Assembly: GCA_020184695.1 (NCBI GenBank)
Contig: JAANOX010000085.1
Location: 248,001-312,000 of the forward strand
Reading direction: 5' to 3'
Source: Histomonas meleagridis 2922-C6/04-290x
Taxonomy: Eukaryota > Protista > Parabasalia
Length of the DNA stretch: 64,000 nucleotides
The position numbers were made by a program, and so were the translations under genes. Below are positions 19,172 to 30,992 of the stretch, piece after piece; within the stretch, counting starts at the first letter, position 1, and each line of letters opens with the position of its first letter. The notes beneath the pieces were generated by a model. The model searched no databases. It saw only the letters and a list, made by a program, of their open reading frames with translations, and had not been told where the DNA came from.

Positions 19172-20745
19172 TTCCCTCCATCTAACTAACTTATTTATAA
19201 AATTATTATTGAGAAAATAAATTGATTTAATTTTAATATTAATTAATGATGTAATTTACATTTTTATTTCATTAACTTCGAGAAAACAATAACTAAGAAA
19301 ATAATATTTATAATTTAAAAAACATGAATATTTCAACTACAGATTACAAACAGAATAAAAAATAATAACAAAATAATAGAAATGATTGAAGTTAATATCT
19401 GAAAAATAATTTAGATCAATATCCTATAGGATAATGAAGGAAAAAAATTAATATAGGAAGCCGCTCCGATAGATGAAATTGAATAATTGTAATTACGGTT
19501 AGAGTGTCAAATTATGAAAATAGAAACATATTTATTAAGGACGATTCTTGTATATTATCACATGGGTTAACAAAATTTATGTTATTTTTGAGATTACATT
19601 CCTTTTTAATTAAATATAAAAAAATTCCTTTTATAAAATTTTACATAACTTTGTTGAAATATACAAGAACTAATGTAGATCATATTTATGAATAAATAAA
19701 CTGCAAAAATTAATTTTTGATGGAAATACAAAGTGATCAATTACGAGAAGGAAAAATTAAAAATTGAATATTTTCATCTAAAACAAACACACTTAAAATA
19801 TGGATTTATGTAATGTATCATTTATTTCAAGTCTTGAAAAGGCATTAAGAAAAACGAATTTTTATGATTTTAAAGTACAATTTTCGACCGTTTATTTATC
19901 CGAGCGTAAATATAAAAATATAGAACTTTTTCTTTGTGGGAATCAAATTGGCAAGAAGAATTTCAAGAAAATTAATTTATATTATAAAAATCATGACCTG
20001 TAAATATCAAAACAAAATTCTCAATTATATAAATAATAATTGAAACTTCTTGATTTCTTTGAGTTTCAAACAAACACGAAAACATTTTTTTTGACAGTTT
20101 TAACTAATTTAAGTTCAAAATTTGCTTGAATTTTTGCAATGGAGAAATACACTCTAGTTTCATCAAGTAAAATTCGAGGTGATTATGTCGTGCTTGACGG
20201 CCAATATTGGTGTGTTGCTGATATGTATGTGGAAGAGTATCTTTTTTCATATACTATATGTATTACTGGATAAGAATTTACAACAGGGAAAACTTCTTGA
20301 TCTTCAAGGAAATATTTCAATAGAAATTTTTCGGAAAAAACTCAACCAAATTTATATACATTAATTAAAGGTGATAAAATATGGCAAAAAATGGGCTCTT
20401 GCCTCAAATATGATTTTCCTTGATCGTTTAAAATCGATTTTTTAGAACAGACTTAACAGGAAAACCTCTCAAAAAGAACACAGCGTTGTTTCGAAAAACA
20501 ACAATAACATTCGCCTTTTGAAGATAATGAAAATACAATAGTGGGGGTGCGAAACCTCAAGTCAAATTGCAGTCAGGAGCTGCCGTGAGAAAATAACGAT
20601 AAGTAAACGGTGTCCTAGCAAGAACAATATTGAATTGTTTATTTTCTGTATCGGTCGATAGGGTGTTTTGAAAAGTGTTGTGGGATATTTATATGTCATT
20701 TTTATTTGAATGAAAATAAAATTGCTACTGGTTGTCTGAGCAAAA

Positions 20746-21798
20746 ATGATTTTAGGACTTTTCTTTTTTTTCTTTTCCATTAAATGTGAAAGTGAAATAC
20801 CTTTCGAGAATGAACAAGAAATTGTAGGAGGTGAAGAAAAAATGGATTTAAATGAAGTTGAAGAAAATGAAGAACAAGAAATTGAAAAGGAAGAAGCTGA
20901 TGTTAAATCTACACCACAACCACAACTGGTTCAAGTGTCAGTACCTCTTTCTCAAATTCTTGGAATTAAAGAAGTTGGAATTGGATGTCTAATCTTATTA
21001 TATATTATTATATTCTTTGTTGGAAAATCAATCACAAAATCAAAAATCAACAAAATTTCCAACAAACTTAATCCTGAGCTTCGAAAATATTTTGCTGTTG
21101 TTCCAGACAAATTTATAGAACGAAATTATCATCAATATGACACATACATAACCGGAAGGAAAGGATATGTTGGATGTCTTATTTCTCCCAGGTTTGCAAA
21201 AACATGTGATCCACTCGGATTTCTTATGAGAATTGTTACTTCAGAAAAGGACATGATTGCATTTGAATTCATTCTTGACCCCAAGTACAACATCTCTGGG
21301 ATGCTCCATGTATCAAAAGATAAACCATATTTTGCAGATGACCTGAAATTAAAATCACATTCCCTCGGTCAAAAGCTTCAATTATGGACAGATTTTGGTG
21401 ATGAGCAACGTAAGGTATTCACGAAGATCATAAATTCATTCATGGAAGATAATCCAGGCGTACTTCAATTAATTGAGTTGAGCAACCAGAACAGATTTGA
21501 AACAAGAGATAGTGGACATTATGTTGCACGTATTGAGCTTAATATAGAAGGGCCAATTGATGAATTCTTATCTGATGAATTATTAGAATTTGTTATGAAC
21601 ATTTCTGATTCATTCACAATGTTAAAACTTCCTTCTGATATCCAAACAAGGAATGAAAGGACTCGTATTCTTCTTGCAAAAGAAAGACAGCCAAAAGAAG
21701 AGAAGAAATTGACAAAAGAAGAAGAAGAAAGATTGGAGAAGAAGAAAGAAAGAAAAGAAAAGAGGTTACACTCTGGGTTTAAAGTTTCTAAATACTAA
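20746..21798 (+). CDS. CCDC47: CCDC47/PAT complex subunit (DUF1682)
   Basis: Signal peptide, acidic lumenal stretch, one TM, ITGRKGYVGCLISPRFAKTCDPLG motif and a basic C-terminal coiled coil. Confidence 0.8.
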   Translation: MILGLFFFFFSIKCESEIPFENEQEIVGGEEKMDLNEVEENEEQEIEKEEADVKSTPQPQLVQVSVPLSQILGIKEVGIGCLILLYIIIFFVGKSITKSKINKISNKLNPELRKYFAVVPDKFIERNYHQYDTYITGRKGYVGCLISPRFAKTCDPLGFLMRIVTSEKDMIAFEFILDPKYNISGMLHVSKDKPYFADDLKLKSHSLGQKLQLWTDFGDEQRKVFTKIINSFMEDNPGVLQLIELSNQNRFETRDSGHYVARIELNIEGPIDEFLSDELLEFVMNISDSFTMLKLPSDIQTRNERTRILLAKERQPKEEKKLTKEEEERLEKKKERKEKRLHSGFKVSKY

Positions 21799-21886
21799 TA
21801 CACATTTCTTTTATTCTTTCAAATAAATTTCCATCAAATGAAAATAAACGTGTTTTGTGGGGTGCCCCATAACGACCGTTACACTT

Positions 21887-21912
21887 GACGGTTACCGGTT
21901 TGGCCGTCCTTT
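21887..21912 (+). promoter_or_regulatory. M3-like and M5 (CCTTT) core promoter of a ribosomal protein gene
   Basis: GACGGTTA at 21887-21894 and CCTTT at 21908-21912, 3 nt before ATG 21916. M5 is characteristic of Trichomonas ribosomal protein genes. Confidence 0.65.
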
Positions 21913-21915
21913 CCT

Positions 21916-22647
21916 ATGTCACGAAGAACAGCTCGTGCACAACCAGAAAAGGTTATTTTGGATGCTGATATCAAGAACCAAGACTTCTTATTCACCCAAG
22001 AAAAGAAGAAAGCTAAGGTTGTCGCATCATCTAAAGTTCGTTTCCCCAAGTATGTTCGCATCCAACGTCAACGCCGTATCCTCATGAAGCGTCTTAAGGT
22101 CCCACCACCAGTGAACCATTTCAACCATGCTGTTGATAAGGCCACTGCTGTCCAAATCTTCAAGTTCCTTGAAAAATATCGCCCAGAAACCAAGGCCGAA
22201 AAGAAGCTCCGCCTCAAAGCTGCAGCAGAGAAATCCGAAAAGTCACTTGCTCCAGCTGATGTTTCTGCTAAGAAAGCCCTTGCTTATGGTATCAAGGACG
22301 TAACATCTCTTGTCGAAGCAAAGAAAGCAAGCCTTGTTGTCATTGCTCATGATGTTGATCCAATCGAAATTGTCATCTGGCTTCCAGCTCTTTGCCGCAA
22401 ACTTGATATTCCATATGTCATTGTCAAATCAAAGGCTCGTCTTGGCAAGGTAGTCGGCATGAAGACTTGCACATGTATCGCTGTTTCTGACGTTCGCCCA
22501 GAAGACCGTAAGGCACTTTCCCAAATTGTTGATTCAGTTAATGCCAACTTCCTTATGAAGTACAAGGAAGAAATGCACCATTGGGGTGGTGGCGAACTCA
22601 GTGAAAAGACAATCGCAAAACTCCGTGCTCAAGGCAAGCATGAGTAA
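21916..22647 (+). CDS. RPL7A: 60S ribosomal protein L7a (eL8)
   Basis: VRFPKYVRIQRQRRIL, KYRPETKAEKKLRL and LVVIAHDVDPIEIVIWLPALCRK. Confidence 0.98.
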   Translation: MSRRTARAQPEKVILDADIKNQDFLFTQEKKKAKVVASSKVRFPKYVRIQRQRRILMKRLKVPPPVNHFNHAVDKATAVQIFKFLEKYRPETKAEKKLRLKAAAEKSEKSLAPADVSAKKALAYGIKDVTSLVEAKKASLVVIAHDVDPIEIVIWLPALCRKLDIPYVIVKSKARLGKVVGMKTCTCIAVSDVRPEDRKALSQIVDSVNANFLMKYKEEMHHWGGGELSEKTIAKLRAQGKHE

Positions 22648-23382
22648 ATAAGGAAATTCGATTTTTTGAACTTCATTAATATATACAAATTACATTGTAA
22701 TGTTTTTGTTTAATTTAATATTCTTTTTACGTTGTTAGTTGTTTAATATGTGCATTTTATCTTGAAGAGTAACTCGATATCATTTTTGAAAATGCTTCAT
22801 CAAGAAATGTTTTCAGATTATTTTCATATTAATTAATAAATTTATAGGCAATTTATTATATAGTTTAAAGAATATTCGATTTCATCACTTAAATTGTTTC
22901 GGTATTAGAAATGAAGTTATGTTACGTAACTTGTAAAACATTATTTCAATGAAACAAAATGATATTGATGAAGTATTCCAAAAGGTGATTTGAATATTTT
23001 TAATTTTTCTTCTGATATTAGTTATTTTACATTGTTGAAATTTGTTTTTATTTAATTTGGCAATAATTATTTAATCATATTTTTAAGAACATATAAAACT
23101 TGTTTTCTATGGAATTCGTAATCGCGATTAAGTAAAGTAAATGTGTTTAAAATTAATTATTCAATAAATGTATTCAATAAGCCTTCAAGTTTTTTTGAGG
23201 AGATATATTTATTGAAAAAAGGATAATTTAATGTTTAACAACATATTTAAATAATTTTAATAATGAATATATTTTATTGAAAAATTAATTGTAATCAATA
23301 TATAAAACATTTTGTATATATTTTTACATATCAAAACTGAGAAAAGTTTAGTTTTATTGGCACACTTCACTTACATTTATAT

Positions 23383-24006
23383 ATGAACATTTATGATGAT
23401 TCTTTTGATGAAGATTGGGAAATAATGCTAAAAGAAACAGAAAGAGTATCAAAAACACCAATTATCCAATATAATACAGAAGCATTTGATAATGCATTTA
23501 ATAAATCTAACGAAATTTTAAACACAGAATCAATAGGCTTCATACCTTTTGATGAATGGAAAGGAAAAGAAATGACTTTTCATCAAATTGTTATAGATTT
23601 TTTTCGAAAGAAAAATAGTTCAAAGTGTCTTTTTATTTTTAAATTATATAATGCATTAAAACTTACAGAATATAAATCTGAATTCATGCAAATTTGTGGA
23701 ATTTCATGGTATCATAAAACATGTATTCGTGTGATTCCAGTGATTTTTGCTAAGTTATTAGGAATAAAGGCAATTGATGGTTCATTATTCCACAAACAAG
23801 GAAACTTCACAACACATGGATTTGTTGAAGTTGAACCAGCGATAATAAAGAAAATGATTCCTTCATTTAACTTCACATCTGAAAGAGTTCTAACACATTC
23901 AAAACAAATATTTGTTCAGGGTTGTACAGAACAAGATTTAAAAAATTGCAAATGGAAGAACTCATCTGAGAATTCTCCAGCAACTGAAAATCATTATTTT
24001 ATCTGA
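23383..24006 (+). CDS. Initiator-binding-domain (IBP39 IBD-like) protein
   Basis: FKLYNALKLT...GISW...FAKLLGI..IDGSLFHKQGNFTTHGFVE is the parabasalid IBD signature. Confidence 0.85.
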   Translation: MNIYDDSFDEDWEIMLKETERVSKTPIIQYNTEAFDNAFNKSNEILNTESIGFIPFDEWKGKEMTFHQIVIDFFRKKNSSKCLFIFKLYNALKLTEYKSEFMQICGISWYHKTCIRVIPVIFAKLLGIKAIDGSLFHKQGNFTTHGFVEVEPAIIKKMIPSFNFTSERVLTHSKQIFVQGCTEQDLKNCKWKNSSENSPATENHYFI

Positions 24007-25055
24007 TATAATACTTCTAATAATACTTAATTTTATATAAATAATGGTATTTAAATAAGTAATATGAATGAATCTTTGTAATTTAAATCATAGTTAATTT
24101 TATGTTAATAAGACATGGAATCATATTTATATAAAGAGCAAATATTAATTTTTGCCTTCTAAAAACATTTTTATCTTTGAGTTGTGAGAATTGATCTTGA
24201 ATCTTACTATGAATTAATTATGATGGCTTTTTCCTTTATTTATTTGAATTAGAATTTAATGATTTAAATTGGTATGTTAACTCAAGCTATGAGAAACACA
24301 AAACACATTAAATCAATTACAGAAAAACTAAAGAAAATGAACACACATTAGAAAGCCACATAAAAATTATAAAAAATAGAATTTATATATACATTCAAGC
24401 TCAGAAGAAAACAAAAACCTTCACTGAGCCAACAATTGAGAGATACCTTTTTTTTCTTGTGTTAAAATAAATGAAGAAATGTTCAGAGGTACCAAAACTC
24501 AAAATCCTGCAATATTTTTTCAACGATAATTTTATGTTAAGGATAACATTGGGAGGAGATTACAAAAATACCCTCTTTTCGAAATTTCGACTGTACAATC
24601 TTTCGAAATTCGATCTGATTTTCGACCATACTTTTTATGGAATTTTGGATTATTTCCTATATAGTAATGTTGCATATTAGATGTGTTTATTTTCTAAACT
24701 ATTATCCTTTATCATTTTCATTAAAAATTTTGAGAAAAAGTGAAAATATATGAAAAAATCGACTTAGTCGATAATAAATCGAGTGCAACTTTTTATATGA
24801 AGTCACGGTGGTCTTTATTTATTTATGAATAAAAATATATGATTTGTTATTTAAAAAAATGTGATTGTTAAATAAAAATATTTTTTGCATGGATTTTTAT
24901 GAATGATTGAAATTTTGATGAAGTGAAAAAAATAATGTGAAGTGATTTTTTCTTTATTTATTTTTTTATTTTTTTATTCGAATTTTTGGGTGTTAACTTA
25001 AATATTTAAATCTCTTAAGTTAACTGATATCACTGCTATTGTTTCTTTAATGTTA

Positions 25056-27214
25056 TCATAATATTTCTGGATCCAGAAATATACATTCGAGCATATTTTG
25101 CTTTGTTTTTGTATCATATTTGGAAAATGGAATTTGATAGTATTCAGAACAATTTACGATGATATCCTTCAGAGTACTATATAATAACTTATTTCCAAAT
25201 AATTTCTTTAAATCAATTATTATTTCTTCATTAATTGAAGGATATTTCCTTCTTATCTTTGATCTTTGAGAATCTTCGATAAAGCATATCTTATCCATTG
25301 ATACTTTGGATTGTGTAAGATTTCTATTATTTAAACCTGTCTGAACAGACAAGGTAACTGCATTAATACTCAAGGAATTCATTATTCTTTTTGTACTAAA
25401 ATAAAATGTATCAAATAATATTTGAAAAAATTCTTCCACGATTTTAGAATGATTACTAATAATGATATCAAAATTTTCTACATTAACAATAGGTTTTTCT
25501 ACTATGAATCCTGCTTCAATTAATAGTGAATAAGCAATTGTCCTTCCATCATATGGAAATAATGATTTATCGTATTCATTGTTCGAAATTGTAATTCCAA
25601 ATGATGATGCTCTTTTAGAAACCTTCAAATATTGTAATTCTTGGTCTGTTATGCTAGCTATTATTTGATCAGTTGATATTCTTTTTAATGCTGATCTTAG
25701 GGTTTTGAACATACCCATTTTTATTATTAAATATCCAAATTGATGTTCAAGAGGATTTGACGTAAATCTATTTAAGCTTTTTTTGGCATTCATATTTTTT
25801 AAAAGTAATGTAACAAATGAATGAATTGTATTACAACAATGAATACATAATTCCTCATCAAAAAGTGTTATAGCAACAATATTTTTCATTTTTCTTTGTT
25901 TAATTTATGTGTCTAATTTTGTTTTCTTCATAAATTTATAATATATAAACATTAAATAGAAAATGATTTCAAATAGCGAAATTCTTTCGTATAAATTTAT
26001 ATTGTCATTAGACATTGCTTCTATAAACAAAGACCATGGTAAGAAATATAATAATGCTGAAAAATTATGTTTCTCATATAGCATTTAAGTATTGTTAATA
26101 GAAAATATGAAAATGGGAAGAATATCGTGCATTTTTGTGATTTTAGAGTTATTAATTAAAATCGGTAATAAATTTAAATCTTCCCGTATTTTGGAAATGT
26201 CAATGATTGGTGAATTCCGATTAAATCCAATAGTTAATGGTACGTCTTTAAGTAAACGATATCTTGCACGTTTGAGTATATGAAGGGGATCACTAATATA
26301 TCGAAAAAAAACTTTTTTTGAATTTCAACAATTGAAGTCGTGTAATGTTCAGCAACACATTCATATTGACCAAAGAACGAATTATGATTATAATCATAGC
26401 AATTATCACCATCAAAGGCAAATCCAAGAACATATATTTTATGATTCTTTAATTTATTACGTAATGTTTCGAGTGTTTCACATTGAATATTTGTTGCTTT
26501 CCCCTGGGGTGAAGGAGAAAAATGAATTATTGAGCACGAATAATCTGGATTTATAGGTTGGATGTAATATACAAAGGCATAATTTTCTATTTGATTCCAA
26601 TTTATCATTAAGGAATTTATCCATTGTTGTGCATTTTCGCAAAAAAATTGATAAGGATTTTCGATATTTTGTAAAACTTCTTTTTTCAGATCATTATATT
26701 CATTATCTTTTGTTATAGTCACATCGGGCGAAAATGCTATTGCGTCAATACTTAAAATACAATCCATTGGAGCTGAACGATAAATATTAATTTGATTGTC
26801 TTTATAATCATTTATGATTCCATCTATTTGATTAATATCAATCAAAGACTTAAAACGTTCATTGATTAAATCTGCTAAATGATTATGTATTGATGTATAA
26901 GAAGGTAATGGAATAAAAGATCTAATATAACGTAAAGCTTGTGGCGAAATCGAATTAATATTGGATGCTAATTGATAAATTTTTTTATCATATCTTCTTG
27001 CATTTGGGTGAACTCCAAGGTTTCTCAATATTGAATTAATAATTTCATCATATTCTTCATTTTCTGAATTAATATCTTCATTTCTCTCTATGTTTGAAAC
27101 ACATTTGACACTTTTCGCTTCATAGAGTCTTCTATTAATACGTGCTTGTCTTTCTGCCTTGATCCGCTTTTGTCTTTCTCTCGCTAATTGCAAGGCTTGT
27201 CTTGATTTTTCCAT
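25056..27214 (-). mobile_element. Disrupted P-element/THAP9-type transposase
   Basis: Motifs SPQALRYIRSFIPLPS, CILSIDAIAF, GFAFDGD, SDPLHILKRARYRLL (shifted frame near 26300), KMHDILP and SNPLEHQFG. At least two frameshifts. TIRs not identified. Confidence 0.75.
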
Positions 27215-27988
27215 GATAAAAAATCAAAATGATGTGAACGAAAAATTACCTCAGAATTTCAATGGCATTAAATGAAAAACAACTAGATGCATTCAAATCA
27301 GTAAAAATTTTGATTCATAAAGCTTCCGGCGACGTTTTGTAAAGTATTCAATTTATTTTTTTGGGAAACACCCCAAAAAGAATTGCACATAAAAAAAAAT
27401 TCAGCAGTCCAAATCCTTAGATAGGTCTGATTATAAATAAATAAATCCTAAACTTCATAGTTAGTCGGGTCCCATTAAAAAACTATTGCACGATTTTTTT
27501 TATCATTAAAAAAATGAAATTTCGATTTTGATCCGGATATTTTTTTCCCAATTTGAAAGCAGATTTTTATTCATGTGTTGATAGGGATCTAATAAAAATC
27601 AAAAAATTCACCAGGATATGTTTATTTCCTCAGTTTGAGGAACTCTAAATGTTCACTCTTTATATATTTTGGTTTCTGCTTTTTGTAAGTATTTGATATT
27701 GGGGAACACTTAATATGAATAATGTAAAAATATATATTACTCACATAGGATACACCCCACATTATATAAACTCCATATAATTTCTATAATATAGAAGTGG
27801 CGAAAATTTGTGGATAAAAGCAATAAATTTTTTTCTAATAAAGGAATTTAATAACATTTTAATTATTTACTAAAAATCAATCTATCCTTTAAAACTGAGA
27901 AGTGATTTGTAGAAGATAAAAAAAGAATCACTTTCAGCTTGTTAATTAACATTAATGTAAAAAAATGTAAATCATTCAAAAATCAATA

Positions 27989-28879
27989 ATGGAAAAAGAA
28001 CAGCATGAAACAAATCAAGAAAAATTAAATATAGCAAAACCAACAATTGTCCCTTCTCTAAGCATAAGTGAGAGTGTAATTGTACCAAAAGAAAATCCAA
28101 CAAATTTATCACAAAATCCTCAACAACAAAATACTTCCTTGCAAATTCCAAAACTTAACCTATCTGGCTTATCGCCTGGTTCGTTTTGTTCATCAAATAC
28201 TCGTAAACCATCTTTCCCACAATTTAATCAAAATTCACAAGGAATCAATGGTCAAATCCCACCATTAAACTTAAACGCGAAGCCAGCGCACATCAAAGCG
28301 CTTGGATCAGATCCAACAATTCCGCCATTAAACCTTTCACTTGTATCGACTCCTCGCAATAATACACCAATTTTAAATCAACCAAGTCGTTCAATATCTA
28401 TTGGAGCATTGGGTGATCAAGCAGAGCTAGATCTTGCACAAATTTCCACAGAAACCAACAAAAGAGAACGTCATGATGTATTATTATGTATACCATATTA
28501 CGTGTTTTCAACCAAATCAGAATTGGAATCGTTCACCAAACTAATTCCATGCAAATTTGGTGAAGGTTCGGAGATTACACAAGTTTCTAATTTCCCCATC
28601 GATACATATGTAATTGAGGGCGCCCCAAATTCCGGGGCACCCCGAACCATTCCATCTTTGCAAAACATCGATGCAGCATATCAAAATATAGAAAACATTC
28701 CTTTCCTCATAGATCAAACAACAAAAGAATGCACATTATTGACAAGTCATATCGAGCAAACATTAGAAAGGATTGAAGATCTGAGAAATGAAAGAGAAAA
28801 ACAAAAAATTGAAAATGCATTACTAAAAGAAAGAATAAAAGTAGCAAAACAAAGGCAAAAGTCATCTGGTTCATCTTAA
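27989..28879 (+). CDS. Hypothetical protein with repeated IPxLNL motifs and a C-terminal coiled coil
   Basis: 296-aa ORF, disordered P/S/N/Q-rich N-half containing IPKLNL and IPPLNL twice. Confidence 0.75.
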   Translation: MEKEQHETNQEKLNIAKPTIVPSLSISESVIVPKENPTNLSQNPQQQNTSLQIPKLNLSGLSPGSFCSSNTRKPSFPQFNQNSQGINGQIPPLNLNAKPAHIKALGSDPTIPPLNLSLVSTPRNNTPILNQPSRSISIGALGDQAELDLAQISTETNKRERHDVLLCIPYYVFSTKSELESFTKLIPCKFGEGSEITQVSNFPIDTYVIEGAPNSGAPRTIPSLQNIDAAYQNIENIPFLIDQTTKECTLLTSHIEQTLERIEDLRNEREKQKIENALLKERIKVAKQRQKSSGSS

Positions 28880-29513
28880 GCACAGATTTAATTAGGCGAA
28901 TTAATAATGTTTGTATAATAATTGTTGTTTGAAGATTAATAAAATTTCTTCGTTAATATTTTTATTATTTTGAATTGAAACCTGTAGACCGACACATTAG
29001 TGTAACCCACGCCTACACTGTAGCATTGTTCATAGAGAACATATTTAGTAATATATATTTAATAATTTTTTTCGATTTAATTTTGTAATTTTCGCAATAT
29101 TCCTATTTTTTACTCAATTCACCAAGAAGAACGTTAACACAAAAAAAATCTTTTTTCTTGATTTTCTTTACATATTTTAATTAATTCATATTTTTAGGAT
29201 TGATTATATGTTAAAATTTCTATTTACTAACAAGTTATATAAAAATTTATGATTTATCAAAATTTTGTTGTTAATCTACAGGTTTTTCATGGCAATCAAA
29301 GTAAAATACATTTCCTATAAAACTTATTATAAATCAAATTCATATTATTATTTTAATATTAACCACTTTTTTAAAAAAAAATAATTTGGCATTAAAGCAA
29401 TGATTTTATTTTCTAATATTTTTTAATATAAGCAAAAATTATTTAAAAAAATGTTTAAATTATATACAATAACTATAAAATTAATTTATCACAATTCTAA
29501 CTATAATTCAATA

Positions 29514-30992
29514 TCAATCCGAATCATTTTCATTATTATCATTTGCAGCTTGCAAATCTCTATGATATTTATCTCCGTATACCCAATTCTCATTCCATAT
29601 CATTATTTTTCTATCCCACATTTTTGTTCCATATGCAAAAGGTGACCAAATCACAAATCCAATCAAAGCCATTACACACGCAACAAACGCAGCGAATTTT
29701 GCCCATTTCCCAAACACCAAATCCATTGCTGCTCCCATAGCCAAAATTTCCATGATTAAAGGTATCAAATAATGGTACAAAAACATTGATCTTGGAATCA
29801 AGAAGAACGGGAAATAAGAAATCGCCCAACCCAAAACATATTTTATTGCTATACCGAATTTTTCCTTTTTATAACACAAACAAACCACAAAAATAGAAAC
29901 AAAAGAAATATAATAAACAAAAACATTACCCATACAATTAACTTCACGACCAGATCCATTCCAAAAACCTACAAAATTACCTGTCAACAAAGGCCAATTT
30001 ATCGGCCGACTTTGATATGAATGGAAACTTGTAATTTCCATATTAGATCGATGCATATCGACAATTAAATAGAAACACCTAAAAATTAAACTCGGATACC
30101 GAAGTCTTTTCCCCCATAAATCAGGAGTATCACGTATGAGCAATTGCTCTTTCATCTCATCAGGTAAATACGGGGTGCCCTGACCTGAATATGGTAAAAT
30201 GATAAAATGAACTAAAAAACTTCCTAAAAACACAATGATTATCGGAAATATTAAACGAACGGCTCGTGTAAAAATGGAATCAAATAAATCAAAATCAAAT
30301 GAAAACGTTTTCCGTTGTTGAAGAACTTGAATAACTTGAAATATCCCGGAATAAACCATTAAACCAAACGCAGTGTTTTTACATGAACATGCACCGCCTA
30401 ATGCAAAACCAGAGATAAATAACCACGTAAGGGTATCATTAATGGATAATGTATATGAAAAAATACATACAAAGAGACACGTGAAAAAATGAAGAATTCC
30501 ATCACTTAAAATATATCGTTGTTCTGTAAGTAAAGAAGTATCAAATATAATGAAAAGGGAGGAAGATATTGAGGCAATGTATGAAAATGAATCAAAGCGT
30601 AATGTTAAATAAATTAATGGTGCACATAACGATGAAAATAATGCTGGAGTAAGACGTAAAATGATATATTGGTCATTATGCGGATCATTGCCATAATACT
30701 TATTGAAGTCAATGGAACCATCATATTCTGACAAATTTGCAAATAAAAACATTAAAAGTTTTGCAAGAGGTGGATGAATATCAAAAAAATATTCCGAGTT
30801 TGTATACCAATTAGTAAAATTTCCAAAATGGATTTCGTCAAAAACAACAGCATTTGGATTATCAATTACCCATAGACGAGTCATAAATGATAAAATAGCT
30901 ATAAAAAGCACTAAAAACGTATCTAATGTTGTGAGTGTTGTTTTCTTTTGTACAGGAAAGAATTGTTTAATTATTTTGAATATTTCCTGCAT
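29514..30992 (-). CDS. Dolichyl-phosphate-mannose:protein O-mannosyltransferase (PMT family, no MIR domain)
   Basis: VVFDEIHFG..YFFDIHPPLAKL signature, YQSRPINWPLL, FLYHYL and multiple TM segments. Confidence 0.92.
   Translation of the reverse strand: MQEIFKIIKQFFPVQKKTTLTTLDTFLVLFIAILSFMTRLWVIDNPNAVVFDEIHFGNFTNWYTNSEYFFDIHPPLAKLLMFLFANLSEYDGSIDFNKYYGNDPHNDQYIILRLTPALFSSLCAPLIYLTLRFDSFSYIASISSSLFIIFDTSLLTEQRYILSDGILHFFTCLFVCIFSYTLSINDTLTWLFISGFALGGACSCKNTAFGLMVYSGIFQVIQVLQQRKTFSFDFDLFDSIFTRAVRLIFPIIIVFLGSFLVHFIILPYSGQGTPYLPDEMKEQLLIRDTPDLWGKRLRYPSLIFRCFYLIVDMHRSNMEITSFHSYQSRPINWPLLTGNFVGFWNGSGREVNCMGNVFVYYISFVSIFVVCLCYKKEKFGIAIKYVLGWAISYFPFFLIPRSMFLYHYLIPLIMEILAMGAAMDLVFGKWAKFAAFVACVMALIGFVIWSPFAYGTKMWDRKIMIWNENWVYGDKYHRDLQAANDNNENDSD

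Noticed and set aside
24400-27800. Terminal inverted repeats of the P-like element
   Set aside because: Only patchy AT-rich similarities were found, with no convincing TIR/TSD pair.
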